64,000 bases of DNA from Nitrospinales bacterium (GCA_046757665.1 JBHHYO010000003.1:24146-88145); one strand, 5' to 3'; positions 1 through 8,619 are shown, counted from the stretch's first letter. Numbers and translations: made by a program. The notes: generated by a model from the letters alone, not told the origin.

Positions 1-826
1 CATCGGTCGGATAGGCCAGGTTGGCCAAGGTCGCCGGGCCATAGTCGCCGCGGGAAGCGAACAAGCCGTCTCCGGCCACGGTAATGATGACTCCGTCTCT
101 GCCCACCTTGCGGACCCGGTTATTGCCCCGGTCCGCGATATACAAATTTCCCGCGCCATCCAGGGTGATTCCAAAAGGAAATTTTAAAAAAGCATCCTCG
201 GCGGGCCCGAAATCGCCGGCAAAACCGGCAACCCCCAAACCCGCGAAAGTCGTGATGATCCCCCTGGAATCGACCTTGCGGATTCGGTGATTGGAGCGGT
301 CGGATATATAAATGTTTCCGTCGCCGTCACAGGCCACGTCGGAAGGCAAGTTCAAGCTCGCTTGCGTCGCCGGCTCTTCATCTCCCGCATAGTCGGCGAT
401 GCCGTTGCCGGCGATGGTGGTGATGATCCCGGAAGGATCGACCTTGCGCACCCGGTGATTGTTGCGGTCGGCAATGAACAGGTTTCCCTGTTTATCGAAG
501 GCCAGCCCCGCGGGGAAGTTGAGCGAGGCTTCCACGGCGGAGCCGCCATCGCCGCTGAAACCGGCCTTGCCGTTTCCCGCCACCGTTGCGATAATTCCGT
601 TCTTGTCGATTTTCCGGACGCGGTTTTTGGAGCGGTGGGAAATGTAAATATTGCCTTCGGGATCCACGGCAATGCCGTCCACCAAAGTGAGAATGGCCGA
701 AAGCGCGGACCGCCCATCTCCAACGTCCTTGAAGAACCGCACGGGAGCGGAGATAGCCTCGCCCACAAAAACCAGCAGTGCCAGGGCGCAAATCAGCCCC
801 CTGTTCAAACAAGTTGTCATTTTCAT
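1..826 (-). CDS. Secreted NHL-repeat (beta-propeller) protein; 3' end runs off the window
   Basis: Not in the ORF track. Manual translation from ATG at 826 gives MKMTTCLNRGLICALALLVFVGEAISA (signal peptide), then repeated units such as TVAGNGKAGFSGDGGSAVEASLNFPAGLAFDKQGNLFIADRNNHRVRKVD; open to position 1. Confidence 0.9.
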   Translation of the reverse strand, partial: MKMTTCLNRGLICALALLVFVGEAISAPVRFFKDVGDGRSALSAILTLVDGIAVDPEGNIYISHRSKNRVRKIDKNGIIATVAGNGKAGFSGDGGSAVEASLNFPAGLAFDKQGNLFIADRNNHRVRKVDPSGIITTIAGNGIADYAGDEEPATQASLNLPSDVACDGDGNIYISDRSNHRIRKVDSRGIITTFAGLGVAGFAGDFGPAEDAFLKFPFGITLDGAGNLYIADRGNNRVRKVGRDGVIITVAGDGLFASRGDYGPATLANLAYPTD

Positions 827-872
827 ACTGCCCGCCAAATCGAAAGCTTCCCGCGGCAAGCCGTGCAGAGCG

Positions 873-1304
873 TCAGGGCGACCGGCTTGCCGTCTTGCCT
901 TCAGCCTCCATCTCAAAATTCTCCAGGATCGGACAGTCGGAAGTCGGCGCGTTTGTGCGGCATTTCTCGATCAGCCCGGTCAGCGCTTTGCGCATCGATT
1001 TCAAGTTCCTGATTTTTTTCTCAACCTCATCCAGCTTGCCCTGGGCCTTCCGCAAAACCGGTCCGCAGGCCTTGCCCTTGCGCACGCGGAGCTTCAACAG
1101 CTCGGCGATTTCCTCCAGGGTAAACCCCAGTTTCTGGGCGTTTTTGATAAAGCGGACCCGGGCGGCGTCCGACCCGGTGTAAAGCCGGTAGCCCTTCTCC
1201 GAGCGCAACGGCGGGTCGAGCAGTCGCCGGTTCTCGTAATAGCGGAGCGCCTCGATGTTGATTCCGCATCGGCGCGCCAATTCGCCGCGTTTCAAGTATC
1301 CCAT
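873..1304 (-). CDS. merR: MerR-family heavy-metal-responsive regulator (three-Cys, Hg(II)/divalent type)
   Basis: MerR HTH (GELARRCGINIEALRYYE...GYRLY...RFIKNAQKLGFTLEEI). Cys80, Cys115, Cys124 (CPIL) have the same 35/9 spacing as the Hg ligands C82/C117/C126 of Tn501 MerR. Confidence 0.85.
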   Translation of the reverse strand: MGYLKRGELARRCGINIEALRYYENRRLLDPPLRSEKGYRLYTGSDAARVRFIKNAQKLGFTLEEIAELLKLRVRKGKACGPVLRKAQGKLDEVEKKIRNLKSMRKALTGLIEKCRTNAPTSDCPILENFEMEAEGKTASRSP

Positions 1305-1328
1305 GATTCCTCCTGCCTCTCTCTCAAT

Positions 1329-1359
1329 AATATATCCCTGTATCTTGATACAGGGTCAA
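1329..1359 (-). promoter_or_regulatory. MerR-type promoter/operator upstream of merR (19-bp spacer)
   Basis: Minus strand reads TTGACC-CTGTATCAAGATACAGGGA-TATATT, with a perfect dyad CCCTGTATC-AA-GATACAGGG between the -35 and -10 elements. Confidence 0.85.
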
Positions 1360-1411
1360 GGAGAAAATGCGCCGGGGGCGATTTTCTCCCAAGTCCGGCG
1401 GGCGGTTGCGG

Positions 1412-2404
1412 TCAGGGCAACCCGCTTTTCAAGTGGAATATCTGAACGCGGTTGTTGCCCCAATCGACGGCATAGAGCCGGTTTTGCGAGTCCAGGGCGA
1501 GGTCGGTCGGCGCGTTGAACCGGCCCGGCTCCTCTCCCTTGCCGCCCCACTGGGCGAGATACGAACCCTGATCCGAGAAGACCTCGACGCGGTGGTTGTA
1601 GAAATCCGCGACGTACACGCGGCCGTCCCCGCCGACGGCAATTCCGGCAGTGACCCGGAACTGCCCGCCCAGGTACCCGGCGCCCCCCCATTGAAACAGG
1701 AACTTTCCCCCGGAGGTGAAAACCTGTACCCGGTTGTTGTAGGCGTCGGAAACGTAAACCCTGTCTTTCGGCCCCACGGCGATGCGGGCCGGATAATTAA
1801 AATTGCCCTCGGCGCCGGGATTGATCATGAAGGAAAAAAACGACCGCACCACATTGATGGGCCGGTACTCGCCCCATGCCTGCAAAAAGTTCCCCTGTGA
1901 ATCGAATTTTTGCAGTCGATGATTGTAGGTCTCGATGACGTACAGGTTGTCGTGGGAATCGACGGCCACGCCGCCGGGGGAATCGAACTGGCCATGCCCT
2001 TTGCCGTTGCCTCCCCACTGTTTCAGAAAGCGCCCCTCGGCGTCGAATTTCTGGATGCGGTCCAGATCGTAATCGCTGACATACACGTTGCCCCGCGAGT
2101 CCACCGCCAGGCCGGACGGTTTTTCAAATTGGCCCGGCGCGTCGCCCTGCCCGCCCCATTGCCGGACGAATTTGCCGCTGGCGTCGAATTGTTGCACGCG
2201 GTGGTTGCGCACGTCTCCCACATAGACCCGGCCCTTGCCGTCAACGGCAATGGCGTAGGGCTCATCGAACTCGCCCGGCCGCTCGCCTTTTTTGCCGAAT
2301 GCGTCAACCCCGGAAAACGGCGGCGCCCCGCCCGAACAGCCGCCGAGTAAAAGAACAACAAGAAAACCCAAGAGGAGGCAGACCATGCGGAAGCGTTGCA
2401 TCAT
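1412..2404 (-). CDS. NHL-repeat six-bladed beta-propeller lipoprotein
   Basis: Start at MMQRFRMVCLLLGFLVVLLLGGC (lipobox). Six repeats of the form GxFxxPxG(I/L)AVDxxGxVYVxDxxNHRVQxF. Start overlaps the stop of the HMA gene (ATGA). Confidence 0.88.
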   Translation of the reverse strand: MMQRFRMVCLLLGFLVVLLLGGCSGGAPPFSGVDAFGKKGERPGEFDEPYAIAVDGKGRVYVGDVRNHRVQQFDASGKFVRQWGGQGDAPGQFEKPSGLAVDSRGNVYVSDYDLDRIQKFDAEGRFLKQWGGNGKGHGQFDSPGGVAVDSHDNLYVIETYNHRLQKFDSQGNFLQAWGEYRPINVVRSFFSFMINPGAEGNFNYPARIAVGPKDRVYVSDAYNNRVQVFTSGGKFLFQWGGAGYLGGQFRVTAGIAVGGDGRVYVADFYNHRVEVFSDQGSYLAQWGGKGEEPGRFNAPTDLALDSQNRLYAVDWGNNRVQIFHLKSGLP

Positions 2405-2730
2405 TTGCCTCCCTTCGTTGCGGAGCGCGTGATGGGTCCGGGCGTAAATCCGGCGTCGTCCACCGCCCGGTTGACCGCCGCGTCGCTGAGCGTGGCGCCG
2501 GGCCTGAGATAGAGCTTGGCCACGCCCTGTTTCAAATGAACCTCGACCCGCGCCACCCCCTTCAGCCGCTTCAATTTTTTCTCGACGCCATAGGTGCAGA
2601 ACGGACAAAACATGCCCTTCACTTTTACGGTGATGACCTCCTTGCCGTCCTGCGCGAAAACGGGCGGCGCCGCTTGCAGGAGAAAGGCGGCCAGCACGGC
2701 GATCCAAAAAACGGATTTTGTATTTGTCAT
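2401..2730 (-). CDS. Exported heavy-metal-associated (HMA; MerP/CopZ-like) protein
   Basis: Signal peptide (VFA-Q) followed by VKVKGMFCPFCTYGVEKKLKRLKGV, a GMxCxxC HMA motif; RBS AGGAG upstream. Confidence 0.88.
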   Translation of the reverse strand: MTNTKSVFWIAVLAAFLLQAAPPVFAQDGKEVITVKVKGMFCPFCTYGVEKKLKRLKGVARVEVHLKQGVAKLYLRPGATLSDAAVNRAVDDAGFTPGPITRSATKGGK

Positions 2731-2746
2731 GGAGTCCTTCTCCTTT

Positions 2747-3640
2747 TTAAAAGGTGTAGCGAAAACTGAACGCAAGCTGATAATCGGATTCCAACTGGTT
2801 GCCGTTCAAGTCTTGCACGATCGGAACTTGAATGGAAAACCCGAAAATCGTCTGCTGATCGACGAACTGGATTCCCGGCGAAAGGAACAGCGTGTTGCCG
2901 CCGGAGGCCTCGACGGTACTTCCCCCGGCCGCATTGCGCCGGGTGTAGACGCCATTGAGTTCCAGGACGGCATTCCACTGGGTGTAAAGCCCCTCGTCGG
3001 GAAACGTCCAGGGCCAGAACCTTCTCTGGTAGGCGAAGTTGTAATTGAATTTGTCGCCGAAGTCGAAATCATTTGCCTCGCGATTAAATTTGTAGACGAC
3101 GTTGATGTCCACCTCCTGGGAGAGCGAACCGAAGGTGTACAATCCGCCGGCAATAAAATCCACGGAGCCGGACCCCAACTGCAAGGGCGCGGGGAGAACG
3201 CCCGCGGAGTCGCGCTCCTCATTGTCGCCCGTCGGCAGTTCCAGCCCGCCGATCACGGAAAACCGCGAAGTCGTTCCCTTGTAATCCAGGGTATAAAACC
3301 GGTACTTGCCCAGAAGCGTGGTGTCGCCCACCCCCTGGTTGCTCCGGGTGGAGCCGCCGGCGGTTCGCAAATCCTTGTTGATATAAGGCGCCTTCACCAG
3401 CACCGCGGCCCGGGACGTAATCCCGTAAACCCCCACCACCGGCAGGGTGAAAACGTCCAGCTTGCGGTTCCGGCCGGAAGGGTCGTCGGCCTTGCGCACG
3501 AACCGCGCCTGAGTGCGCACAATGACCTGTCCCTTGAAGGGAGTGAGGCCGACGTCGCTGTTGATCGGCGCGGCAAAAACCGGGCCGCCGCAAAACATGA
3601 GAACTATTAAGGACGATAATAAAAATTTCGGTTTAAACAT
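2747..3640 (-). CDS. Outer-membrane beta-barrel transporter (MetA-pathway/SphA-like family)
   Basis: Signal peptide; GVGDTTLLGKYRF, GLELPTG, LQLGSGSVD and GGNTLFLSPG motifs; C-terminal FSFRYTF with a terminal Phe (BAM signal). Confidence 0.78.
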   Translation of the reverse strand: MFKPKFLLSSLIVLMFCGGPVFAAPINSDVGLTPFKGQVIVRTQARFVRKADDPSGRNRKLDVFTLPVVGVYGITSRAAVLVKAPYINKDLRTAGGSTRSNQGVGDTTLLGKYRFYTLDYKGTTSRFSVIGGLELPTGDNEERDSAGVLPAPLQLGSGSVDFIAGGLYTFGSLSQEVDINVVYKFNREANDFDFGDKFNYNFAYQRRFWPWTFPDEGLYTQWNAVLELNGVYTRRNAAGGSTVEASGGNTLFLSPGIQFVDQQTIFGFSIQVPIVQDLNGNQLESDYQLAFSFRYTF

Positions 3641-3675
3641 AATCGGTTCCTTCCTTTTTGGACCTTTCAATATGC

Positions 3676-3707
3676 AGTATAGACTCTGTATTTAAGTACA
3701 GGGTAAA
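3676..3707 (-). promoter_or_regulatory. Second MerR-type promoter/operator (20-bp spacer), upstream of the beta-barrel gene
   Basis: Minus strand reads TTTACC-CTGTACTTAAATACAGAGTC-TATACT; carries the same CTGTA-N6-TACAG dyad as the site at 1329-1359. Confidence 0.8.
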
Positions 3708-3762
3708 GCATTAACCGGCCGCGTGGGCGGACATTCGGACGAAAGAAAAATGGAGGAACGGC

Positions 3763-4203
3763 TTAAAGGCGGAAAACGGATTGGAGCAGAAACAGCGGCG
3801 GCGTCTTTCCGGCCCGCACATGACCGGACGCAAGGCGGTCCGATGTGGACGATGTCCGCGGCAGAAGCCCGGCGGCGGCGCAATCGGCGGCACAGGGGAA
3901 GGCAATGGATTTGACCGATGGAGCCGAGGGCAGGATTTTCGCTACGGCGATAGTGGGAAAACGCTTGACTCCCATAACCGAGGCGCAACGGTCCTGGCAA
4001 CACTGGACATGCGCCGCGCCGCTTTCGCCGCAATTCTTCATGTCCCCATGCCCGTGCGCCTTCATGGCCGGTATCTTGTGGGAGCAGAAGATTTTGCAAC
4101 ACAGCCGGGCCTCGCCCGAGGCCACGGGAGCCTTGATGGGAAGTATCAAACCCGTTAAAACGAGGCCGAGAGCCAGCTTGTATGCAAACGATTTTTTAAT
4201 CAT
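3763..4203 (-). CDS. Cys/His-rich small exported or membrane protein, possibly a metal-sensing leader (DUF2946/HYC_CC_PP-like)
   Basis: N-terminal hydrophobic segment; CCKIFCSH, HGHGDM, HVQCCQDRC; C-terminus TPPLFLLQSVFRL. Confidence 0.6.
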   Translation of the reverse strand: MIKKSFAYKLALGLVLTGLILPIKAPVASGEARLCCKIFCSHKIPAMKAHGHGDMKNCGESGAAHVQCCQDRCASVMGVKRFPTIAVAKILPSAPSVKSIAFPCAADCAAAGLLPRTSSTSDRLASGHVRAGKTPPLFLLQSVFRL

Positions 4204-4327
4204 AAAATAGACGGAAACCGATTTCACATGTTCGGTTTAAATATACTCCCCGCACGGGGCGCAAAGTCAATCAAAAAAACACCCGCCGGGAGAAAACCGG
4301 GAACCGATGTCCGCCGCCTTATTGAAA

Positions 4328-4557
4328 GGGAACCTTAGCATAACCCGATACTTCGCCGCCCTCGGTGTCATCGTAGCTACCATGCGGAGCGGCTATTGCG
4401 CTTTCTGTTGTCTGACAGCAGTCAAAAGTTCAGCATATCTCCCGCGGGCGTATGCCCGCCTGGATTGCTTCGCTACGCTCGCAATGACAGGCAAACAAGG
4501 AGACTTGGTGGCTAAAACTTTTTTTCTTTCCTTTGCGTCCTCCGCGCCTTCGCGGTG
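4328..4557. repeat. Composite intergenic repeat patch
   Basis: 4395-4460 is homologous to 28553-28617. GGATTGCTTCGCTACGCTCGCAATGAC (~4462-4488) is a half-site of the GTCATTGCGAG family. CTTTGCGTCCTCCGCGCCTTCGCGGTG (4530-4556) resembles 13360-13385 in reverse. Confidence 0.7.
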
Positions 4558-4594
4558 AAAATGGTTTCCCCGTAGTTTTTCCCCTCCAGGAAAA

Positions 4595-5494
4595 TTATCC
4601 GTCGGTATGATTTAGCGGGTGGTTGTCGAAAAATTTTTGCATGAGGGGAACGATGCGCTCGTGGGCGTCCTCGACGACGTAATGTCCGGCGTCCGCAAAT
4701 TCGTGCAATTCGGCTTGGGGAAAATATTCCAGCCAGCGTTCCAGGTAGTGGTCGTTGAAGCAAAAATCCTTTTTCCCCCAGAGGATCAAAACGGGCCGGT
4801 CGGCGAACTGGGTCAATTGCTCCTGCATGGATTTGACGAGGGGGAAGCTCGGCGTTTTTCGCGACATCGGAATGTCCTGCACGAAGCGCAGGATGGCGAC
4901 GCGGTTGGCGTAGGTGTCGTAGGGGAAAAGGTAGCCGGCCTTGACTTGCGGGCTCATGGGCCGCCGGCAGGCGCGGGAAACCGCCAGGCCCGCGAAGGCG
5001 TTCAGGCCGCGGACGGCCAGGGGGCCGAATAGCGGCAGTCGGCACAGGTTGATGCTCCAGGGAATCTCCCGCGACAGGAAGGCGGCGGTGTTGAACAGCA
5101 CCAGGCGCTTGACGCGGCCGGGATGGCGGACGGCGTACCCCATGCCGATGGCGCCGCCCCAGTCGTGCAGAACCAGCGTCAGGCCGGTCAGGCCCAGATG
5201 CTCCACCAGCGCCTCCAGGTTGTCGACGTGCCGCGCCAGGGTGTAGTCGTATTGTTGCGGTTTGTCGGACAGGCCGCAACCCATGTGGTCCGGCGCCACG
5301 CAACGGCACTGCTCCCTCAACCCGAGGATGAGGTTGCGGTAATAAAAAGACCAGGTGGGGTTGCCGTGCAACATCAACACGGCGTCGCCCTGGCCCTCGT
5401 CCAGGTAGTGGTATCGCAGGGAGTCCAGGGAGAGGGTTCTGGATTGGAAGGGATACAACTCGGCGAACGCCCGCCGTTTGTCATCGGTCACCAT
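4595..5494 (-). CDS. oleB: OleB-like alpha/beta hydrolase (haloalkane dehalogenase family; beta-lactone decarboxylase)
   Basis: HGNPTWSFYYR, APDHMGCGLSDKP, HDWGG nucleophile elbow, RFVQDIP, DAGHYVVEDA; start overlaps the oleA stop. Confidence 0.85.
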   Translation of the reverse strand: MVTDDKRRAFAELYPFQSRTLSLDSLRYHYLDEGQGDAVLMLHGNPTWSFYYRNLILGLREQCRCVAPDHMGCGLSDKPQQYDYTLARHVDNLEALVEHLGLTGLTLVLHDWGGAIGMGYAVRHPGRVKRLVLFNTAAFLSREIPWSINLCRLPLFGPLAVRGLNAFAGLAVSRACRRPMSPQVKAGYLFPYDTYANRVAILRFVQDIPMSRKTPSFPLVKSMQEQLTQFADRPVLILWGKKDFCFNDHYLERWLEYFPQAELHEFADAGHYVVEDAHERIVPLMQKFFDNHPLNHTDG

Positions 5495-6534
5495 TCCAAC
5501 CCGAGCATCAGGCAGTTCAAGCCGCTGCCGATGCCGAGGAGCGCGGCCTTGTCGCCTTTTTTGAGGCACCCCGCCTCCTCGCCCAGGGCCAGGGTGGCCG
5601 GCAGGGAGGCGGCGCCCGTGTTGCCCAGAAACTCCAGGGTCGAGAAGTCCTTTTCCATCGGCAGGCGCAGGGTTTCGTACATGAGCTTGCGGTGCAGGTG
5701 ACCGACCTGATGGCAAAACACGCGGTCCACGTCGTCGTTGCTCCAGGCAAGCGTGGCCTTGGTTTTCTCCCAGGTTTTTCCCGCCAGCAGGCATCCTTGT
5801 TTCATGAGGGTTTCCGAATCGGTTGTCATGAGCGGCGTGGATTCGGCGTTCATGCCGCCGTCGGCGTTGCCGCGGCAGAGGTCGTTGAACTCGGTGGCGG
5901 CCCAGGCCTCGCCGCCCAGGAGTTTGTGGTAGGACCGGGACAAACTGCGGTGCGTCAGCAAGACCGCCGCCGCGCCGGAGCCGATGGTCAGCGAGGCGAA
6001 GGAGGATTTCACGTCGGCGCGTTTGAGTTCGGGGTTCGAGCGAAGCGTTTCGATGGTGTGGTCGATGAGGGGGCCGCCGTTCTCGCCGGCCACCACCAGG
6101 CCGGCGCGGATTTGCCCCAGCTCGATCATGTCGGCGATAATCACCATTCCGTTGAGCACGCCCAGGCAAGCGTTGGACACGTCGAACAGCAGGGCCTCCC
6201 GCGACAGGTCCAGATTGTGATGGATGACCGAGGCGGTGGCGGGCTCCAGAAAGTCGCGGCACACCGAGGCGCAAATCAGGCAACCGATTTCGCCGCGGTC
6301 CAGCCCGGATTTCTCGATGGCCTTTTCGCCGGCGACGGAGCTGATTTCGCTGGGATAGACGCCGTTGTTCCAGAACCGGCGCTCGCGGATGCCGCTCATC
6401 ATCTCCAGGCGGCCGTAGGGCAGTTTCAACCGGTCGTAAACCTCCGCCAGCCGCTGTTCCAGCTCCGCCGAGGGCACGATGTTTTCCGGCAAATGGCAGG
6501 CCACGGCCTCGACGCAAACATTTTCAAATTTCAT
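5488..6534 (-). CDS. oleA: OleA acyl-CoA:acyl-CoA alkyltransferase (thiolase/FabH superfamily)
   Basis: GIRERRFW, EPATA, FDVSNACLG (catalytic Cys), FASLTIGSGA, HQVG, GNTGAAS, GIGSGLNC. Confidence 0.9.
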   Translation of the reverse strand: MKFENVCVEAVACHLPENIVPSAELEQRLAEVYDRLKLPYGRLEMMSGIRERRFWNNGVYPSEISSVAGEKAIEKSGLDRGEIGCLICASVCRDFLEPATASVIHHNLDLSREALLFDVSNACLGVLNGMVIIADMIELGQIRAGLVVAGENGGPLIDHTIETLRSNPELKRADVKSSFASLTIGSGAAAVLLTHRSLSRSYHKLLGGEAWAATEFNDLCRGNADGGMNAESTPLMTTDSETLMKQGCLLAGKTWEKTKATLAWSNDDVDRVFCHQVGHLHRKLMYETLRLPMEKDFSTLEFLGNTGAASLPATLALGEEAGCLKKGDKAALLGIGSGLNCLMLGLEW

Positions 6535-6556
6535 AATTGCCGACGCCTTTCAAAAA

Positions 6557-6680
6557 AGAGCTTTGCATAAGTGTACTTGTTTGATTGTCATTGCGAGGGG
6601 CGAAGCCGACGAAGCAATCCAGAAAGGACCCATTCCTACCGGGCGTGGCCCGGCTGGATCGCCACGCCGCCGGCGCGGCG
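6557..6680 (+). repeat. Copy of a dispersed palindromic MITE-like element
   Basis: AGAGCTTTGCATAAGT end plus the core TGTTTGATTGTCATTGCGAGG...CGAAGCAATCCAGAAAGGA...CCGGGCGTGGCCCGGCTGGATCGCC, shared with 30884-31007 and (inverted) 28339-28497. Confidence 0.85.
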
Positions 6681-6713
6681 AAGAACCTCGGGCAGGGGAG
6701 CACCCGCCGCAAG

Positions 6714-8459
6714 TCAATTCCGATGCGGAACGTCAACAAACTGCATTTCATAATATTTTTGATAAATTCCACAGTTGGCGAGAAGTTCCTCGTGCGACCC
6801 TTCCTCGACGATTTGCCCGCTGTCGATGACGATGATGCGGTTGGCGTGCTTGATGGTCGACAGCCGATGGGCGATCACGAAGGTGGTGCGATTTTCCATC
6901 AAGCGGTCGAGCGCGTCCTGCACCAGTTTTTCGGATTCCGAGTCCAGCGACGAGGTCGCCTCGTCCAGCACCAGTATGGGGGCATCCCGCAACAGGGCGC
7001 GGGCGATGGCGATTCGTTGCCGCTGTCCGCCGGACAGTTTCACGCCGCGCTCGCCGATGACCGTATCATACCCTTTTTCCAGGGGGTCGACAAACGAATC
7101 GACATGGGCCGCCCGGGCGGCGTTCAGGACAGCCTCCTCCGATGCCGCCCCGGTTTCTCCAAAAGCGATGTTGTTGCGAATCGTGTCGTTGAACAGAAAC
7201 GTTTCCTGAGTCACCAGGGCCAGGTTGCGCCTCAGCGACTGCACGCTGAACTCCTGGATATCGACGCCGTCGATGAGGATTTTCCCCTCGGTGACGTTGA
7301 AAAAGCGGAACAGGAGATCGACCAGGGTAGTTTTCCCGGCGCCGCTCATGCCGACGATGGCGACGATTTCGGATTTTTTCACGGCAAGGTTGATGTCCTT
7401 CAACACCCAGGCGTCCCGGGAGGGATAACGGAAAGACACGCCGCGAAATTCGATGCAGTCCTCGAATCGGGCCAGCTCCCGCCGGCCGCCATCCACATCC
7501 TCCTCCTCCCGGTCGAGGATGGAAAAGACCCTTTCGGCCCCGGCGAGGGCGTTCTGGAAATTCGCGTAAATTTTGAACAACAGGCGGATGGGGCCATACA
7601 TCATGAACAAGGCGACGATGAAGCCGATAAACGTTCCCTGCGTCACTTGCCCCGTGAGCACCTGACTGCCGCCGTACCAGAGAATCAAGGCGCCGCTGAG
7701 CACGCCCAGAAACTCCATGAACGGCGAGGGGATTTCGATGTACTTGACGTTCTTTTTCATGACCTCCAGAAAACGCCGGTTCTGCTCGCCAAGTTTTTGC
7801 TTCTGCCGGTTTTCCAGGGAAAACGCCCGAACGATTTTTATCCCCGAAAAGGATTCCAGAATCGTCGAGTGAATGTCCGAGAGAATCTCCTGCCCCCTGT
7901 GGCTCAAGCGCCGCAACTTGCGCGCAATGTTGGAAATGGGGAAAACCGCCAGGGGAAAGATAATAAGCGCCAGCACGGCCCAGTCCCATTTCAGATAAAA
8001 AACCCAGCCGATCAGCCCCAGAAGCATGATGAAGTTTTGCAGGGACTCCTTGACCAGATTGGTGATGGAGGACTGCATGATGGAAACGTCGTTCATGATT
8101 CGGGAAATGAGCTGGCCGGTCGGGGTCTCTTCAAAGAAAACCAGCGGCAGGCGCTGAATGCGCTGGAACATTTTTTCCCGCAGAGACACCACCAGGTCCC
8201 AGGAGATTCCGAAAATGATTACATTTTGAATATAGGAAAAAATCCCCTTGACCAGAAACAGCGCCACCAGGGCCAGGGGGATCAGCTTGAGCATCAGAAA
8301 ATCTTTTTCGAGGAAGATGTCGTCGAAGGTTTTTTTGATCAAGGGAACCGGCGAGGTGGCGATCACCCCAACCACGATGGAACAAAAAATGGCAAACGCC
8401 ACCTTGCCCCGGTAGGGATGGAGGTATTGAAGCAACCGCTTGTAAAGTTTCAGGTTCAT
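6714..8459 (-). CDS. msbA: Lipid A export ABC transporter MsbA-like (fused TMD+NBD)
   Basis: Six-TM domain; Walker A GMSGAGKT; LSGGQRQR signature; LDEATSSLD; AHRLSTI. Confidence 0.85.
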   Translation of the reverse strand: MNLKLYKRLLQYLHPYRGKVAFAIFCSIVVGVIATSPVPLIKKTFDDIFLEKDFLMLKLIPLALVALFLVKGIFSYIQNVIIFGISWDLVVSLREKMFQRIQRLPLVFFEETPTGQLISRIMNDVSIMQSSITNLVKESLQNFIMLLGLIGWVFYLKWDWAVLALIIFPLAVFPISNIARKLRRLSHRGQEILSDIHSTILESFSGIKIVRAFSLENRQKQKLGEQNRRFLEVMKKNVKYIEIPSPFMEFLGVLSGALILWYGGSQVLTGQVTQGTFIGFIVALFMMYGPIRLLFKIYANFQNALAGAERVFSILDREEEDVDGGRRELARFEDCIEFRGVSFRYPSRDAWVLKDINLAVKKSEIVAIVGMSGAGKTTLVDLLFRFFNVTEGKILIDGVDIQEFSVQSLRRNLALVTQETFLFNDTIRNNIAFGETGAASEEAVLNAARAAHVDSFVDPLEKGYDTVIGERGVKLSGGQRQRIAIARALLRDAPILVLDEATSSLDSESEKLVQDALDRLMENRTTFVIAHRLSTIKHANRIIVIDSGQIVEEGSHEELLANCGIYQKYYEMQFVDVPHRN

Positions 8460-8537
8460 CACAAGGAACTTTACGACAAAACGGCGTTCAGGGCAAATCG
8501 GGAAATGGGCTCAAAGCCGGCGGCGCGGGCAACCCAT

Positions 8538-8574
8538 AAAAAAGCCCCCGCCCTTGAGGCGCAAGAGCGGGGGT
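8538..8574 (-). terminator. Rho-independent terminator of the USP-fusion gene
   Basis: Minus strand reads CCCCCGCTCTTG-cgcct-CAAGGGCGGGGGC-TTTTTT. Confidence 0.7.
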
Positions 8575-8619
8575 ATTGGCGTTCACGCGGGAAAGGAAAC
8601 CTTCCCCTTTTTCGATTTT

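Noticed and set aside
84-1012. Plus-strand ORFs 84-290 and 287-1012 with repetitive sequence
   Set aside because: Antisense shadows of the minus-strand NHL gene (1-826).
4595-6517. 640-aa ORF suggesting an OleA-OleB fusion
   Set aside because: The N-terminal part is an alternative frame over oleA; OleB homology starts at ~5494.
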